Positions 8,551 through 17,713 of a DNA stretch of 34,275 nt are shown here, piece by piece (position 1 is the first letter of the stretch; the number at the start of each line of letters is the position of its first letter). This stretch comes from Methanobrevibacter sp. Lineage in GTDB: Archaea; Methanobacteriota; Methanobacteria; Methanobacteriales; Methanobacteriaceae. A program made the translations under genes and the position numbers. The notes beneath the pieces were generated by a model. The model saw nothing but the letters and a program-made list of their open reading frames with translations, did not search any database and was not told the origin of the DNA. Where the stretch lies: assembly GCA_045590695.1 (NCBI GenBank), contig JAZNRM010000321.1, positions 1 to 34,275 of the forward strand, in the 5' to 3' direction.

Positions 8551-9816
8551 CTATTCACTAAAGCTTACCCTTTCGAATTTTTCAGGTTCTAAAATTGATT
8601 TGGTAGCATCTACACCTACTTTAGTGGTTGTTCCATCAATTTCAGAAGCTTTTGGATCCAATGAAGAACCTCTTGCCTTAGGCACGATGATTATATCATC
8701 ATCACCTTTCACACGTGTAGCTATTGCATATTCAATGTCTTGAGGATCAAAGATGTCCACATCCTCATCAACCACAACGACATGCTTCAATGATGGGTGT
8801 GCAGCAAGTGCAGCCATGATGATGTTCTTACCATCACCTTCAGTTTGCTTCTTGATTGAAACAGCAGCATGCAACCAGCAGCAGCCTCCTTCTGTTAAAA
8901 CCACATTTTGTACGGTAGGAACGGTATTTTTAACTGCATTGAATATTCTTGGTTCCTGTGGCATTCCTTGAAGCAATTTATGTTCAAATCCTGCTGGCAA
9001 GATTGCATGGTACATTGGATTTTCCTTCTTGATGTACATCTTGCTTAATTTGATGACAGGTTCTTCCCTTACATAATCATAAGTGTCAGTCAAGTCTACA
9101 AATGGGCCTTCAGGAGCGGTTTCATCGATAAGTATCTTACCTTCAAAGATAATATCCGCTTCAGGTACATTGATACCGTTCTTGCAGGTGACAAGTTCCA
9201 ATTCTCCACCTTTGAATCTGTTTGCAACTTCCATCTCATCAGCATCTATTGGTATTGAAGTGGTACATGCAAGAAGAATAGAAGGTTCCATTCCAATAGC
9301 TATTGAAATGTCCAAGTCCTTGCCCATGTCTTTTGCCTTTTGGAAGTATGTGTAAAGGTTTCTTGGCACGATACGAATAGCCAATTTGTTCTTTTCCAAA
9401 ACAAGCATTCTGTGAATTGAAGCGTTTTGAACTCCTGTTTCAGGGTCTCTTGCAAATACGACACCTGCAGTTATGTATGCGCCTCCATCCCTTTTGTAGT
9501 GGGTGAGGATTGGAATCTTTCCCAAATCCACTCTTTTGCTGTCGTATTCATCCACCAAGTCGATGAACTTTGTAACAGGAGTGGGATTGTTCATTCCATC
9601 GATAATCTTGTATAAGATCTCATCAACCTGACAGCCAAGAGATTGCGCTATCTTTTCTCTTGTATTGCAGATACCGGAGACCACTGGGATGTCATATCCC
9701 TTTATGTTGTTTAGCATAACGGTGTCCTTTGGATATTGACGAAGCACCTTTGCAGCTTCATATTCAGCATCAAGCTCTTCATCTATTTGAATTACATTAA
9801 TAATGTCTTTAGCCAT
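8551..9816 (-). CDS. UbiD-family prFMN decarboxylase, probably anhydromevalonate phosphate decarboxylase of the archaeal mevalonate pathway
   Basis: [38 protein letters not shown] and GSSLDP motifs. The short ~420-aa length matches the archaeal type. The ATG at 9816 is preferred over the GTG at 9825. The specific activity is inferred. Confidence 0.85.
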   Translation of the reverse strand: MAKDIINVIQIDEELDAEYEAAKVLRQYPKDTVMLNNIKGYDIPVVSGICNTREKIAQSLGCQVDEILYKIIDGMNNPTPVTKFIDLVDEYDSKRVDLGKIPILTHYKRDGGAYITAGVVFARDPETGVQNASIHRMLVLEKNKLAIRIVPRNLYTYFQKAKDMGKDLDISIAIGMEPSILLACTTSIPIDADEMEVANRFKGGELELVTCKNGINVPEADIIFEGKILIDETAPEGPFVDLTDTYDYVREEPVIKLSKMYIKKENPMYHAILPAGFEHKLLQGMPQEPRIFNAVKNTVPTVQNVVLTEGGCCWLHAAVSIKKQTEGDGKNIIMAALAAHPSLKHVVVVDEDVDIFDPQDIEYAIATRVKGDDDIIIVPKARGSSLDPKASEIDGTTTKVGVDATKSILEPEKFERVSFSE

Positions 9817-9852
9817 AAAAATCACTACCCCATTTTTTTAAAATTTCTTTAA

Positions 9853-10857
9853 TTATAAATCAGCATTCTTGTATTTAATCCATTTCAAGTTCTCTTCTAT
9901 TTTCTCATCAGATATTGCAAGGATCTCTCCTGCAACTATTGCAGCGTTTCTTCCATTGTCTATTCCAACTGTACCTACAGGCACTCCTGGAGGCATATTG
10001 GCCATAGTGAGCAATGCATCTTGTCCATCCAATTTTTTAGAGCATGGAACGCCAATAACTGGCTTTTCAGTCAATGCAACAACAGATCCAGCTACAAGTG
10101 CAGACAATCCGCTAATGGCAATGAATATTTTTGCATTGTTTCTTTTGCTCATGTAGGTTTCGAAGTCCTTTGCATGTCTTATAGGAGAAATGTAATCCAA
10201 TTTATATTCAATTTGCATTCTTTCAAGAAGTATAGCTACATTTTTAGCTATTTCCATATCTGAATAGCTTCCTGCAAGTATCATTACATCTGGAGTGTCA
10301 TCCAACTCTTCAAAATCAATCTTTTCATAATTTTCTTCAGCCAAAAAGTCTTTCTGGAAGTATTCGCCTTCAAGGCTTTCAATAAGTTCCTTTTCTCCTG
10401 CTTCAACCTTTTTCTGATATTCAACACGCAAGTCTGATATCCTTTCTGCAACAGCATCATCATAGCTTGCAATGATTTCACCAGCAAGAATTGCAGCATT
10501 GTCTCCCCTGTTTATTCCAACGGTTGTAACTGCTGTAGGGAAAGGCATTTGAACACATGCGTACAATGCATCAAGGCCTCCAACCGCACCGTCAACAGGA
10601 ACTCCAATTACAGGTCTGTGGGTGTATGCAGCTATTGCACCAGGCAAGTGAGCGGCAAGGCCAGCAATACCTATAAATACTTCTACCCCTTCTTTGGTAG
10701 CATCCATAACAAGCTTTTTGACCTTATCATGGGTTCTGTGAGCAGAAGCGACTTTTAAACTATATGGAATTTGAAGTTTTTCCAATATCTTTATTGATTT
10801 TAGAGCTATTTCCTTATCAGAAGCACTTCCAAGAATTATCATTACTTTTGGAATCAT
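9853..10857 (-). CDS. purE: PurE (AIR carboxylase / N5-CAIR mutase family) with two tandem PurE domains
   Basis: Domain 1: ILGSASD, SAHRT, GLAAHLPG, PVIGVP, QMPFP. Domain 2: AGSYSD, PVIGVP, NMPPGVPVGTVGIDNGRNAA. Confidence 0.92.
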   Translation of the reverse strand: MIPKVMIILGSASDKEIALKSIKILEKLQIPYSLKVASAHRTHDKVKKLVMDATKEGVEVFIGIAGLAAHLPGAIAAYTHRPVIGVPVDGAVGGLDALYACVQMPFPTAVTTVGINRGDNAAILAGEIIASYDDAVAERISDLRVEYQKKVEAGEKELIESLEGEYFQKDFLAEENYEKIDFEELDDTPDVMILAGSYSDMEIAKNVAILLERMQIEYKLDYISPIRHAKDFETYMSKRNNAKIFIAISGLSALVAGSVVALTEKPVIGVPCSKKLDGQDALLTMANMPPGVPVGTVGIDNGRNAAIVAGEILAISDEKIEENLKWIKYKNADL

Positions 10858-10886
10858 TTAATTTCTCCTCATATTTTCTCAAGATG

Positions 10887-10944
10887 ACATATATTTCTAG
10901 ATATATTTCATAGATATATTTCAAGATAAATTTAGATTATATTT
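10887..10944. repeat. Five imperfect direct repeats of AGATATATTTC between purE and the divergent glycosyltransferase
   Basis: ACATATATTTC at 10887, AGATATATTTC at 10899 and 10912, AGATAAATTT at 10924, AGATTATATTT at 10934. Confidence 0.7.
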
Positions 10945-11009
10945 ATATTTCTATTTACTAATATATAATATTTAATTAAAACTTAACTGAGTTATTTTTA
11001 GGTGTTTAT

Positions 11010-12176
11010 ATGGTAAGTATTTCCGTTATTGTCCCTGTTTATAATTGTGAGGATTATCTTGAAGAGTCGTTGGGAAGCATTCTGAACCAGACTTTCAATG
11101 ACATTGAAATAATCTGCATCGATGATGGATCTACGGATGATTCATTGAAAATATTGAATGAAATGGCTTCTTCCGATTCAAGGGTTGAAGTTTTCCATAA
11201 TGAAAATCAAGGTGCAGGGGCTGTAAGAAACTATGGAATGAAAAAGGCGTCAGGAGATTATGTCTACTTCTTTGATGCAGACGATTTTTTAGAGAGTGAT
11301 GCTTTGGAAAAGGCATATTCCAATGCCATAAGAAACGATTCAGACATTGTATTCTTCAAGTTTGACCTGTATAAGGACAATAAGCTTTTAACTCATTCAG
11401 GCCCTAACTTGGAAATGCAGTTTGTTGGTGCTGATTTTGACAATTTCACATTCGATTGGCATGACTATAGGACAGGCCCTTTCACAGGCCCATTTGCCCC
11501 TTGGCTTAAGTTATACAAAAAGGAATTTTTAGATGCTCATGAGTGCTTCAAGTTTCCAAATGACTTGAACCATAACGATGTTCCGTTTCATGTAATGACA
11601 TTTCTAAAGGCCTCTAAAATTTCATTTGTTCCAGAGCATCTATACCGTTATAGAATAGACAATGCAGGTTCCATCACAAACAACCGATTGAAGAAATATG
11701 ACCATATCTTTAGGATAATCCAGATAGTTGAGGATTTCCTATTGTCTGAAGATTACATGGAAGAGTTCAAAAGGGAATTTGATTATTTCAAGGCCAATAG
11801 AATCACATATGAAATGTATGGAAGACCTGAAGAGTATTTTTATTTAGCTAAAGAGGAACTTAAGGAGGTGGACTTAAGCAATGGACTGCTGTCCAATGAC
11901 ACATCATTCAAGGCAAAGACCATTTTAAGTTCCAATTCCCTTGAAGAGTATAACTATAAAATAAAGGCCAATGAGGAAATAAGTAGCTTGAAAAGAGAAA
12001 ACAGGTATTTAGCAGATGAAATCAATAGCTTAAAAGGAAAAAATAAATCTTTAGCACACGAAAACAAAAGGCTTAATGAAAAATTAGAAAAATCCAAAGG
12101 CAAAAATAGGGAAATTTTAAATTCCAAGAGCTGGAAAATAACTGGGCCTCTTAGAAGACTTAGGAAAAAGTTTTGA
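11010..12176 (+). CDS. GT2 glycosyltransferase with C-terminal coiled coil and SWKITGPLR tail
   Basis: ISVIVPVYN, DDGSTD, NQGAGAVRN, FFDADD (DxD), PWLKLY and LYRYR motifs; heptad-rich C-terminus; AGGTG RBS. Confidence 0.92.
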   Translation: MVSISVIVPVYNCEDYLEESLGSILNQTFNDIEIICIDDGSTDDSLKILNEMASSDSRVEVFHNENQGAGAVRNYGMKKASGDYVYFFDADDFLESDALEKAYSNAIRNDSDIVFFKFDLYKDNKLLTHSGPNLEMQFVGADFDNFTFDWHDYRTGPFTGPFAPWLKLYKKEFLDAHECFKFPNDLNHNDVPFHVMTFLKASKISFVPEHLYRYRIDNAGSITNNRLKKYDHIFRIIQIVEDFLLSEDYMEEFKREFDYFKANRITYEMYGRPEEYFYLAKEELKEVDLSNGLLSNDTSFKAKTILSSNSLEEYNYKIKANEEISSLKRENRYLADEINSLKGKNKSLAHENKRLNEKLEKSKGKNREILNSKSWKITGPLRRLRKKF

Positions 12177-12306
12177 ATTATTCTGTTATTAATTAATGTT
12201 TCTCAAGTATTACAAAAATATCAAAAACTTAATAAAGATTAATAATAAAAATAATTAATGTAGAAAACTTTATCTCATATAATAGTTTTCGTACTTGAGG
12301 TGTTTT

Positions 12307-13644
12307 ATGTTAAACAAATTTTTTAAATTAGATGAAAATAATACTGATCTAAAAACTGAGTTTCTTGCTGGTTTAACCACCTTTTTAGCAATGGCTTACA
12401 TTTTAGGTGTAAACCCTACTATGCTTGCTGAAGGTGGAATGCCTGCAACAGGAGTATTTTTCGCAACTGCTCTTGCTTCAGGGGTCTCTTGTATCATCAT
12501 GGGTCTTATTTCCAAATACCCTGTTGGTCTTGCTCCTGGTATGGGTATGAATGCATTGTTTACCTATACAATTATCTTAACTATGGGTAACACTTGGGAA
12601 ACTGCACTTGCAGCTGTATTTGTTTCAAGTATAATCTTTTTATTAATTACCATTTCCGGTTTAAGGGAAGCTATTCTCAATGCACTTCCATTTGACTTAA
12701 AATTAGCAATTGGTGCTGGTATTGGTTTCTTCTTAGCATTTATCGGATTGAAAGGTGCTGGAATTATCGTAGCTGACCCTGCTACTTTAGTAGGTATGGG
12801 TACCATCTTATCCGCTCCTGCACTTTTAGCAGTAATTGGTATTTTACTTACCTTAATCTTATACATTAAAAAAGTACCTGCAGCTGTATTCCTTGGTTTA
12901 GTAATAACTGCAATTTTAGGTGTAATCTTTACCTTATTCGGTTTCGGTGCTGGAGATCCTATTATGCCTGCAATTCCTGCAGAATTCGTATCATTCAGTT
13001 TTGATACCTCTGTAGTTGGTGCATTTGCAACTGGATTCACCCAATTATTCTCTAACATCCCTAACTTAATCATGATTTTATTCTCTTTATTATTCGTGAC
13101 TTTCTTTGATACTACTGGAACCTTGATTCCTTTAGCAAATCAAGCTGGTTTCGTTGATGAAGAAGGTAATGCTGATGGTATTGACAAAGCTTTCCTCGGG
13201 GATGCTATCGGTGGAATCATTGGTGCTATTTTAGGTACTTCAACCTTAACCGCATATGTAGAAAGTGCAACCGGTATCGGTCTTGGTGGTAGAACTGGAT
13301 TAACCGCTGTATTCACCGGTATCTTCTTCTTACTCGCACTTATCTTTGCTCCTACTGTTTTAGCATTGTTTACTTCTTCTGTAACTGCTGCAGCATTAGT
13401 AATTGTAGGTATCTTAATGATCGTACAATTAAAAGAAGTAGACTGGGACAACATGGTTGTAGCTGCTTCCGTATTCATGACAATCATCATGATGCTTTTA
13501 ACCTACTCCATTTCCTTAGGTATCGCATGGGGATTCGTCACTTACGCAATTGCATCCATTGCTACCGGTAAAGCAAAAGAGTTCAGTTGGATTATGTGGA
13601 TTATGGTAATCATATTCGCATTATACGTATTCTTCGGACTCTAG
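12307..13644 (+). CDS. NCS2/AzgA-family purine (guanine/hypoxanthine/adenine) permease
   Basis: TEFLAGLTTFLAMAYILGVNP, LAPGMGMNA, FFDTTGTL and YVESATGIGLGGRTGLTA motifs; ~12-13 TM segments. The ATG at 12307 follows a GAGGTG RBS. Confidence 0.93.
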   Translation: MLNKFFKLDENNTDLKTEFLAGLTTFLAMAYILGVNPTMLAEGGMPATGVFFATALASGVSCIIMGLISKYPVGLAPGMGMNALFTYTIILTMGNTWETALAAVFVSSIIFLLITISGLREAILNALPFDLKLAIGAGIGFFLAFIGLKGAGIIVADPATLVGMGTILSAPALLAVIGILLTLILYIKKVPAAVFLGLVITAILGVIFTLFGFGAGDPIMPAIPAEFVSFSFDTSVVGAFATGFTQLFSNIPNLIMILFSLLFVTFFDTTGTLIPLANQAGFVDEEGNADGIDKAFLGDAIGGIIGAILGTSTLTAYVESATGIGLGGRTGLTAVFTGIFFLLALIFAPTVLALFTSSVTAAALVIVGILMIVQLKEVDWDNMVVAASVFMTIIMMLLTYSISLGIAWGFVTYAIASIATGKAKEFSWIMWIMVIIFALYVFFGL

Positions 13645-13656
13645 TTGTAGAAAAAG

Positions 13657-13702
13657 GTTATCACATTTGTGATAACTTTCTTTTTTCTTTCTTTCTTTTT
13701 TT
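13657..13702 (+). terminator. Hairpin plus long T-tract downstream of the permease
   Basis: GTTATCAC-ATTT-GTGATAAC (13657-13676), 12 nt after the stop codon, followed by TTTCTTTTTTCTTTCTTTCTTTTTTT. Confidence 0.65.
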
Positions 13703-13974
13703 AACAATTTTTTTTAATATTTAGAAAACTATTTTTTCAATCTTTTCCATCCTTTCAAATCCTTTCAATGCCTGTTTTTTCATAGGTTTCAATCAATTTT
13801 TCCAGCATTTCAATAGCTATTTCTGATTATTCCATTTCACTCATTACGAACTTAACTTATCTAATATTTAAAAAAAATAATAAGGTTTATACATTCTTAA
13901 AACATAATAATAATATTATAGTATGTTAAATTTCTATGGGATTTTTAATCAATTCATATTAAAGAGGTGAAAAA

Positions 13975-15696
13975 GTGTCTTGGCTAGCAGTGATTTTAGT
14001 GTTTTTCCTTGCTTCAATCAAAACAACTAAGGGGTCTGACAAATCAGTTTCCATTGTTATTCCTGCATTCAATGAAGAGGCCACTGTCGCTAAAGTGGTA
14101 AGCGTAGCTCGCAAACTGTCATATGTAAATGAGGTTATCGTAGTTGATGATGGATCCACTGACAGAACTGTAGAGGAAGCGGAAAATGCTGGAGCTACTG
14201 TAATAAGCCATATAATGAATGAAGGTAAAGGTTCAGCAATCAAGACAGGATTCAAATACTCTCATGGAAATATTGTAGCTTTTATTGATGCAGACGTTTC
14301 TAACTTCACTTCAGAAAAGATAGACAAGATCATCAGACCGATTCTTGAAGATAGAACAGACATTACCAAAACCAAGTTTGCAAGGGAAAGCGGCCGTGTA
14401 ACTGAACTTACAGCTAAGCCTCTTTTAGGATTCTTCTTTCCTGAACTAAATTATGAACAGCCTTTAAGCGGCCAGTTTGCAGGTAAGCGTTCTGCATTGA
14501 GTAAAATAAGATTTGAAAAGGATTACGGAGTGGATGTTGGTATCGTACTCGATGCTGATGTTCACGGAATCAAGATTTTGGAAGTTGATATTGGAGACAT
14601 TTGCCACGACATGTCCCCACTTGCCGATTTAAACAAGATGGCTAATGAGGTTGTAAGAACCATTATTGACAGGGCTGTAGAGTATGGCCGTGTCACTATG
14701 ATGGACAAATTAGGAAACTATATTAGAATGGCTATTTTGGGATTATCCTTAATCATTTTAGGCCTTTTCATGATATTCTTTGTTCCATTCATATCTGTTT
14801 ATGTTTCAGTCTTTGTGGCATTTATTGGTATAGTGCTTACAGTTCTTTACTTCATAAGAATCATAAGAAGGTCCATACCTATTCTAAAGAAAAGCAATAC
14901 TCGGGCATCATTGCAGTCATTTGTAAGAATGCACTTCCCATTGATCGTTGCAGGCTTGATTTTGATATTGATGCTTTCCACATTCTTATCTGCAGCAAGC
15001 TTTGACGATGGAAAGATTTCAGTGGAGCTCACTTCAAGAAACTTTGTTTACGCTCCATCTGACCATAACCAGCAAACCATTTCTGTAAGAGGACCATATA
15101 CAATTGACAGTGCTTTAGAGAATGAAACAGACATATTGAGAGTTCCGCATGATGCATTGAGTACGCTGGAAATGACTGAAAACGATACAATGATCATTGA
15201 TGGCAAGGCATATAATGTAAACGGCACAAAAGAGGGGGATAATGGAGATAGGTTCAGATTGCCTTCAAAGGTAAAAACTGAATTGGATCTCTCTGATGGT
15301 GAGGTCATACCAAACAGTCACTTGACTGAAGCTTTCCAGAACGTAACCGTAATGCATAATATTCAATTCAATAACTTAAGTGATGTATTGGAAGGATTCG
15401 TTGAATTTGACATCAGTCCAAAATCAACTAATGCCACCTTCTTCAATTTGACTTTCGATAATGAATCCATATTGTCTTCAGTTGGAAACTTTGATAAAAA
15501 TTCCAGCTATTCAATATCATATGATGGAAACGTAATGTGCACATTTGATTATGAGGATGTTCTAAATGGAAATCTCACCTTTAGCTATGATGGAAAGGAT
15601 GGAATGATAGAGTTTGAGAATAGAAACAGCACCTCTATCAGGAATTACGTTTCAAGCGATAGGGATTCATTTGTTCAACTGACATCACTTGAATAA
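13975..15696 (+). CDS. Glycosyltransferase with GpgS-like GT-A domain, about 3 TM helices and a large C-terminal, probably extracellular, domain
   Basis: VIPAFNEE, VVDDGSTD, GKGSA, FIDAD; GRVTELTAKPLL..FFPEL...QPLSGQFA and YGVDVG resemble glucosyl-3-phosphoglycerate synthase. GTG start after a GAGGTGA RBS. Confidence 0.8.
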   Translation: MSWLAVILVFFLASIKTTKGSDKSVSIVIPAFNEEATVAKVVSVARKLSYVNEVIVVDDGSTDRTVEEAENAGATVISHIMNEGKGSAIKTGFKYSHGNIVAFIDADVSNFTSEKIDKIIRPILEDRTDITKTKFARESGRVTELTAKPLLGFFFPELNYEQPLSGQFAGKRSALSKIRFEKDYGVDVGIVLDADVHGIKILEVDIGDICHDMSPLADLNKMANEVVRTIIDRAVEYGRVTMMDKLGNYIRMAILGLSLIILGLFMIFFVPFISVYVSVFVAFIGIVLTVLYFIRIIRRSIPILKKSNTRASLQSFVRMHFPLIVAGLILILMLSTFLSAASFDDGKISVELTSRNFVYAPSDHNQQTISVRGPYTIDSALENETDILRVPHDALSTLEMTENDTMIIDGKAYNVNGTKEGDNGDRFRLPSKVKTELDLSDGEVIPNSHLTEAFQNVTVMHNIQFNNLSDVLEGFVEFDISPKSTNATFFNLTFDNESILSSVGNFDKNSSYSISYDGNVMCTFDYEDVLNGNLTFSYDGKDGMIEFENRNSTSIRNYVSSDRDSFVQLTSLE

Positions 15697-15745
15697 ATTG
15701 GCATTTATTTAATTACTTAAATTTTTAATATTTATAGGGATTATA

Positions 15746-16126
15746 ATGGAAATCACAGGAATTGTCACAACAGGATTGGGAAAGGCAGCATATTTTTTAG
15801 GCCAGGATTTCTATAAGGAACAATTCAGGGAAAAGTGCGGTTTCACCCCATTTCCTGGAACCTTAAACCTCATTGTTGAAGAGGATAAGCTCGAGGATAT
15901 AAGACTAATGAAAAACAGCTGCAAGAATCTTATAAAGCCAGATCAAGGATTCGGTGCAGTAAGGTATATTCGAGCTCATCTAAACAAGGACATTGAAGGA
16001 GCCATTGTATTTCCAGACAAGACAACCCACGATGAGAATTATTTGGAATTCATATCCAAGGACAAGTTAAGGGACAAATACAATTTCAAAGATGGGGATG
16101 AAGTGACATTAACCATTGATATTTAA
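15746..16126 (+). CDS. ribK: Archaeal CTP-dependent riboflavin kinase
   Basis: GIVTTGLGKAAYF, GFTPFPGTLN, PDKTTH, LEFIS...LR and DGDEV motifs; 126 aa. Confidence 0.92.
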   Translation: MEITGIVTTGLGKAAYFLGQDFYKEQFREKCGFTPFPGTLNLIVEEDKLEDIRLMKNSCKNLIKPDQGFGAVRYIRAHLNKDIEGAIVFPDKTTHDENYLEFISKDKLRDKYNFKDGDEVTLTIDI

Positions 16127-16193
16127 CAATTTGACTTAATAATTTACTTTTTTTTAATCATTGAATAGCTAAATTTTATATTGAGGGGGAAAT

Positions 16194-16991
16194 ATGAAAA
16201 AATGTGTTCATTGTGGAAAGGAAAACGTTGATGAGGCTATTTTTTGTGCTGATTGTGGTGCAAAATTAGGCACTTATAATAGTTCCACCTCTTCAAGTGC
16301 CTCAACAACGGATAATTCTTTAAATTATTCTTCTAATCAAACAAGCAATCAAGCAAATAATAAAGAACCGAATAAATTAAAGGTCTGCTGTTGCTATGTA
16401 CCTATAGTTCTATTTGTTCTCTTTTTAGCAGCTGCATTAATTTACGCTGGATTTGCTGAAAGTTTTGGAACATACTATCCTGATGATTTTAATTATTTGG
16501 ACTCAAATGCCGATGGCAAGGTAACCTTTGAAGAAATTACAGAAGTGAACTGGATTTATTTAGATAATTCAACACTTAAAAGATTCTTTGAGGGAGCTGA
16601 TCTTAATCATAACGGTTATTTGAAGGGTCATGAATTTGATTTTTTTGGAGATGATGTAGTAAGTTATGGAGAGTCTTCTGAAGACACCAGTTCCAGCAAT
16701 GATGAGTATAAATATTCATCATCTTCCTCATCTTCAAGTTCCAGCCATGGCCGTGATTACAGTTCAGGAAATTCCAAAGCGACAAATAGTCTCAACAACA
16801 AGGAATTTGATAGTTCAGAAGGATATGTCTTGACCTGTCCATACTGTGGAAGTGAATCAGTATATGAAACCGGAGGGCATTACAGATGTGCTGAATGTGG
16901 CAGTAACATTTACAATCCAGACGATTTGGAATTAGGATATTGGGAAGGATATATGGAGTTATTGGCCCCAGTATCATTAACTATTAATTAA
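16194..16991 (+). CDS. Membrane protein: N-terminal zinc ribbon, one TM, EF-hand pair, poly-Ser linker, C-terminal C4 finger
   Basis: CVHCG..CADCG; TM VPIVLFVLFLAAALIYAGF; EF loops DSNADGKVTFEE and DLNHNGYLKGHE; CPYCG..CAECG. Confidence 0.8.
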   Translation: MKKCVHCGKENVDEAIFCADCGAKLGTYNSSTSSSASTTDNSLNYSSNQTSNQANNKEPNKLKVCCCYVPIVLFVLFLAAALIYAGFAESFGTYYPDDFNYLDSNADGKVTFEEITEVNWIYLDNSTLKRFFEGADLNHNGYLKGHEFDFFGDDVVSYGESSEDTSSSNDEYKYSSSSSSSSSSHGRDYSSGNSKATNSLNNKEFDSSEGYVLTCPYCGSESVYETGGHYRCAECGSNIYNPDDLELGYWEGYMELLAPVSLTIN

Positions 16992-17041
16992 ACAATAAAC
17001 ATAATATTATTCAGTATTTAATATGTAAAAAAGGGGATTTT

Positions 17042-17713
17042 ATGTCAGGTATAGAAGATTTGATAAATCAATTTAATGAAATGAACATCATCAAAAGAAT
17101 CATAGTCGGATGCTGTGCTGTTTATTTGATTCTAATGATACTCACTCTTTTAGGCCATGCGATTTTAGGAATTCCATGGGATTCATATACAGAGGAAACA
17201 CCAACCGATTACACTGATTTTGTGGACTTGGACCTTGATGGAAATGGCGGTTTGAGTTTTGATGAAGTGAAATACTATGACCATAATTCAGAATTCACCG
17301 TTTCAGATTCAGACTTATACAGCATCTTTGAGAGTTGTGATAAAAATGGAAATGGATTGCTCATTGGCGGTGAGTATGACCATTATGTAATCCGTGTAAA
17401 AATGCATCTCGATGATTTAAAGGAACAAAAGGAAAAAGCTCAAAGGGAAGCTCAAGAGAGAGCTAGACAATCTTCAAGCTCTTCTTCAAGTTCCAGCTCT
17501 AGTCATAGTCATTCAAGCTCTTATGATAGTTATGATGGTGCTGAAACATGTCCATACTGTGGAAGCGAAGCTGTTTATTCATCAGGAAACGGATATAGAT
17601 GCGCTGAATGTGGAAACTATATATCCAATCCAGATGACTTGAACTTGAATTACGAAGAGGGGTATTATGAGTTAACGCTCCCTTTGTTTATTAATTCTAT
17701 AAATAAGGTTTAG
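17042..17713 (+). CDS. Paralog of the upstream gene: one TM, EF-hand pair, poly-Ser linker, C-terminal C4 finger
   Basis: TM after GCC; EF loops DLDGNGGLSFDE and DKNGNGLLIGGE; CPYCGSEAVY..YRCAECGNYISNPDDL is nearly identical to the upstream gene's tail. Confidence 0.8.
   Translation: MSGIEDLINQFNEMNIIKRIIVGCCAVYLILMILTLLGHAILGIPWDSYTEETPTDYTDFVDLDLDGNGGLSFDEVKYYDHNSEFTVSDSDLYSIFESCDKNGNGLLIGGEYDHYVIRVKMHLDDLKEQKEKAQREAQERARQSSSSSSSSSSSHSHSSSYDSYDGAETCPYCGSEAVYSSGNGYRCAECGNYISNPDDLNLNYEEGYYELTLPLFINSINKV

Noticed and set aside
12564-14255. Antisense ORFs of 98-169 aa, and similar shadow ORFs elsewhere (e.g. 7859-8320, 23153-23527, 32874-33401)
   Set aside because: They overlap well-supported genes on the opposite strand, carry no recognisable motifs, and are typical codon-bias shadows.
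16715-17522. Poly-Ser tracts in the two EF-hand genes as phase-variable microsatellites
   Set aside because: They use mixed Ser codons (TCA/TCT/TCC/AGT/AGC), so they are protein-level linkers rather than pure DNA repeats.
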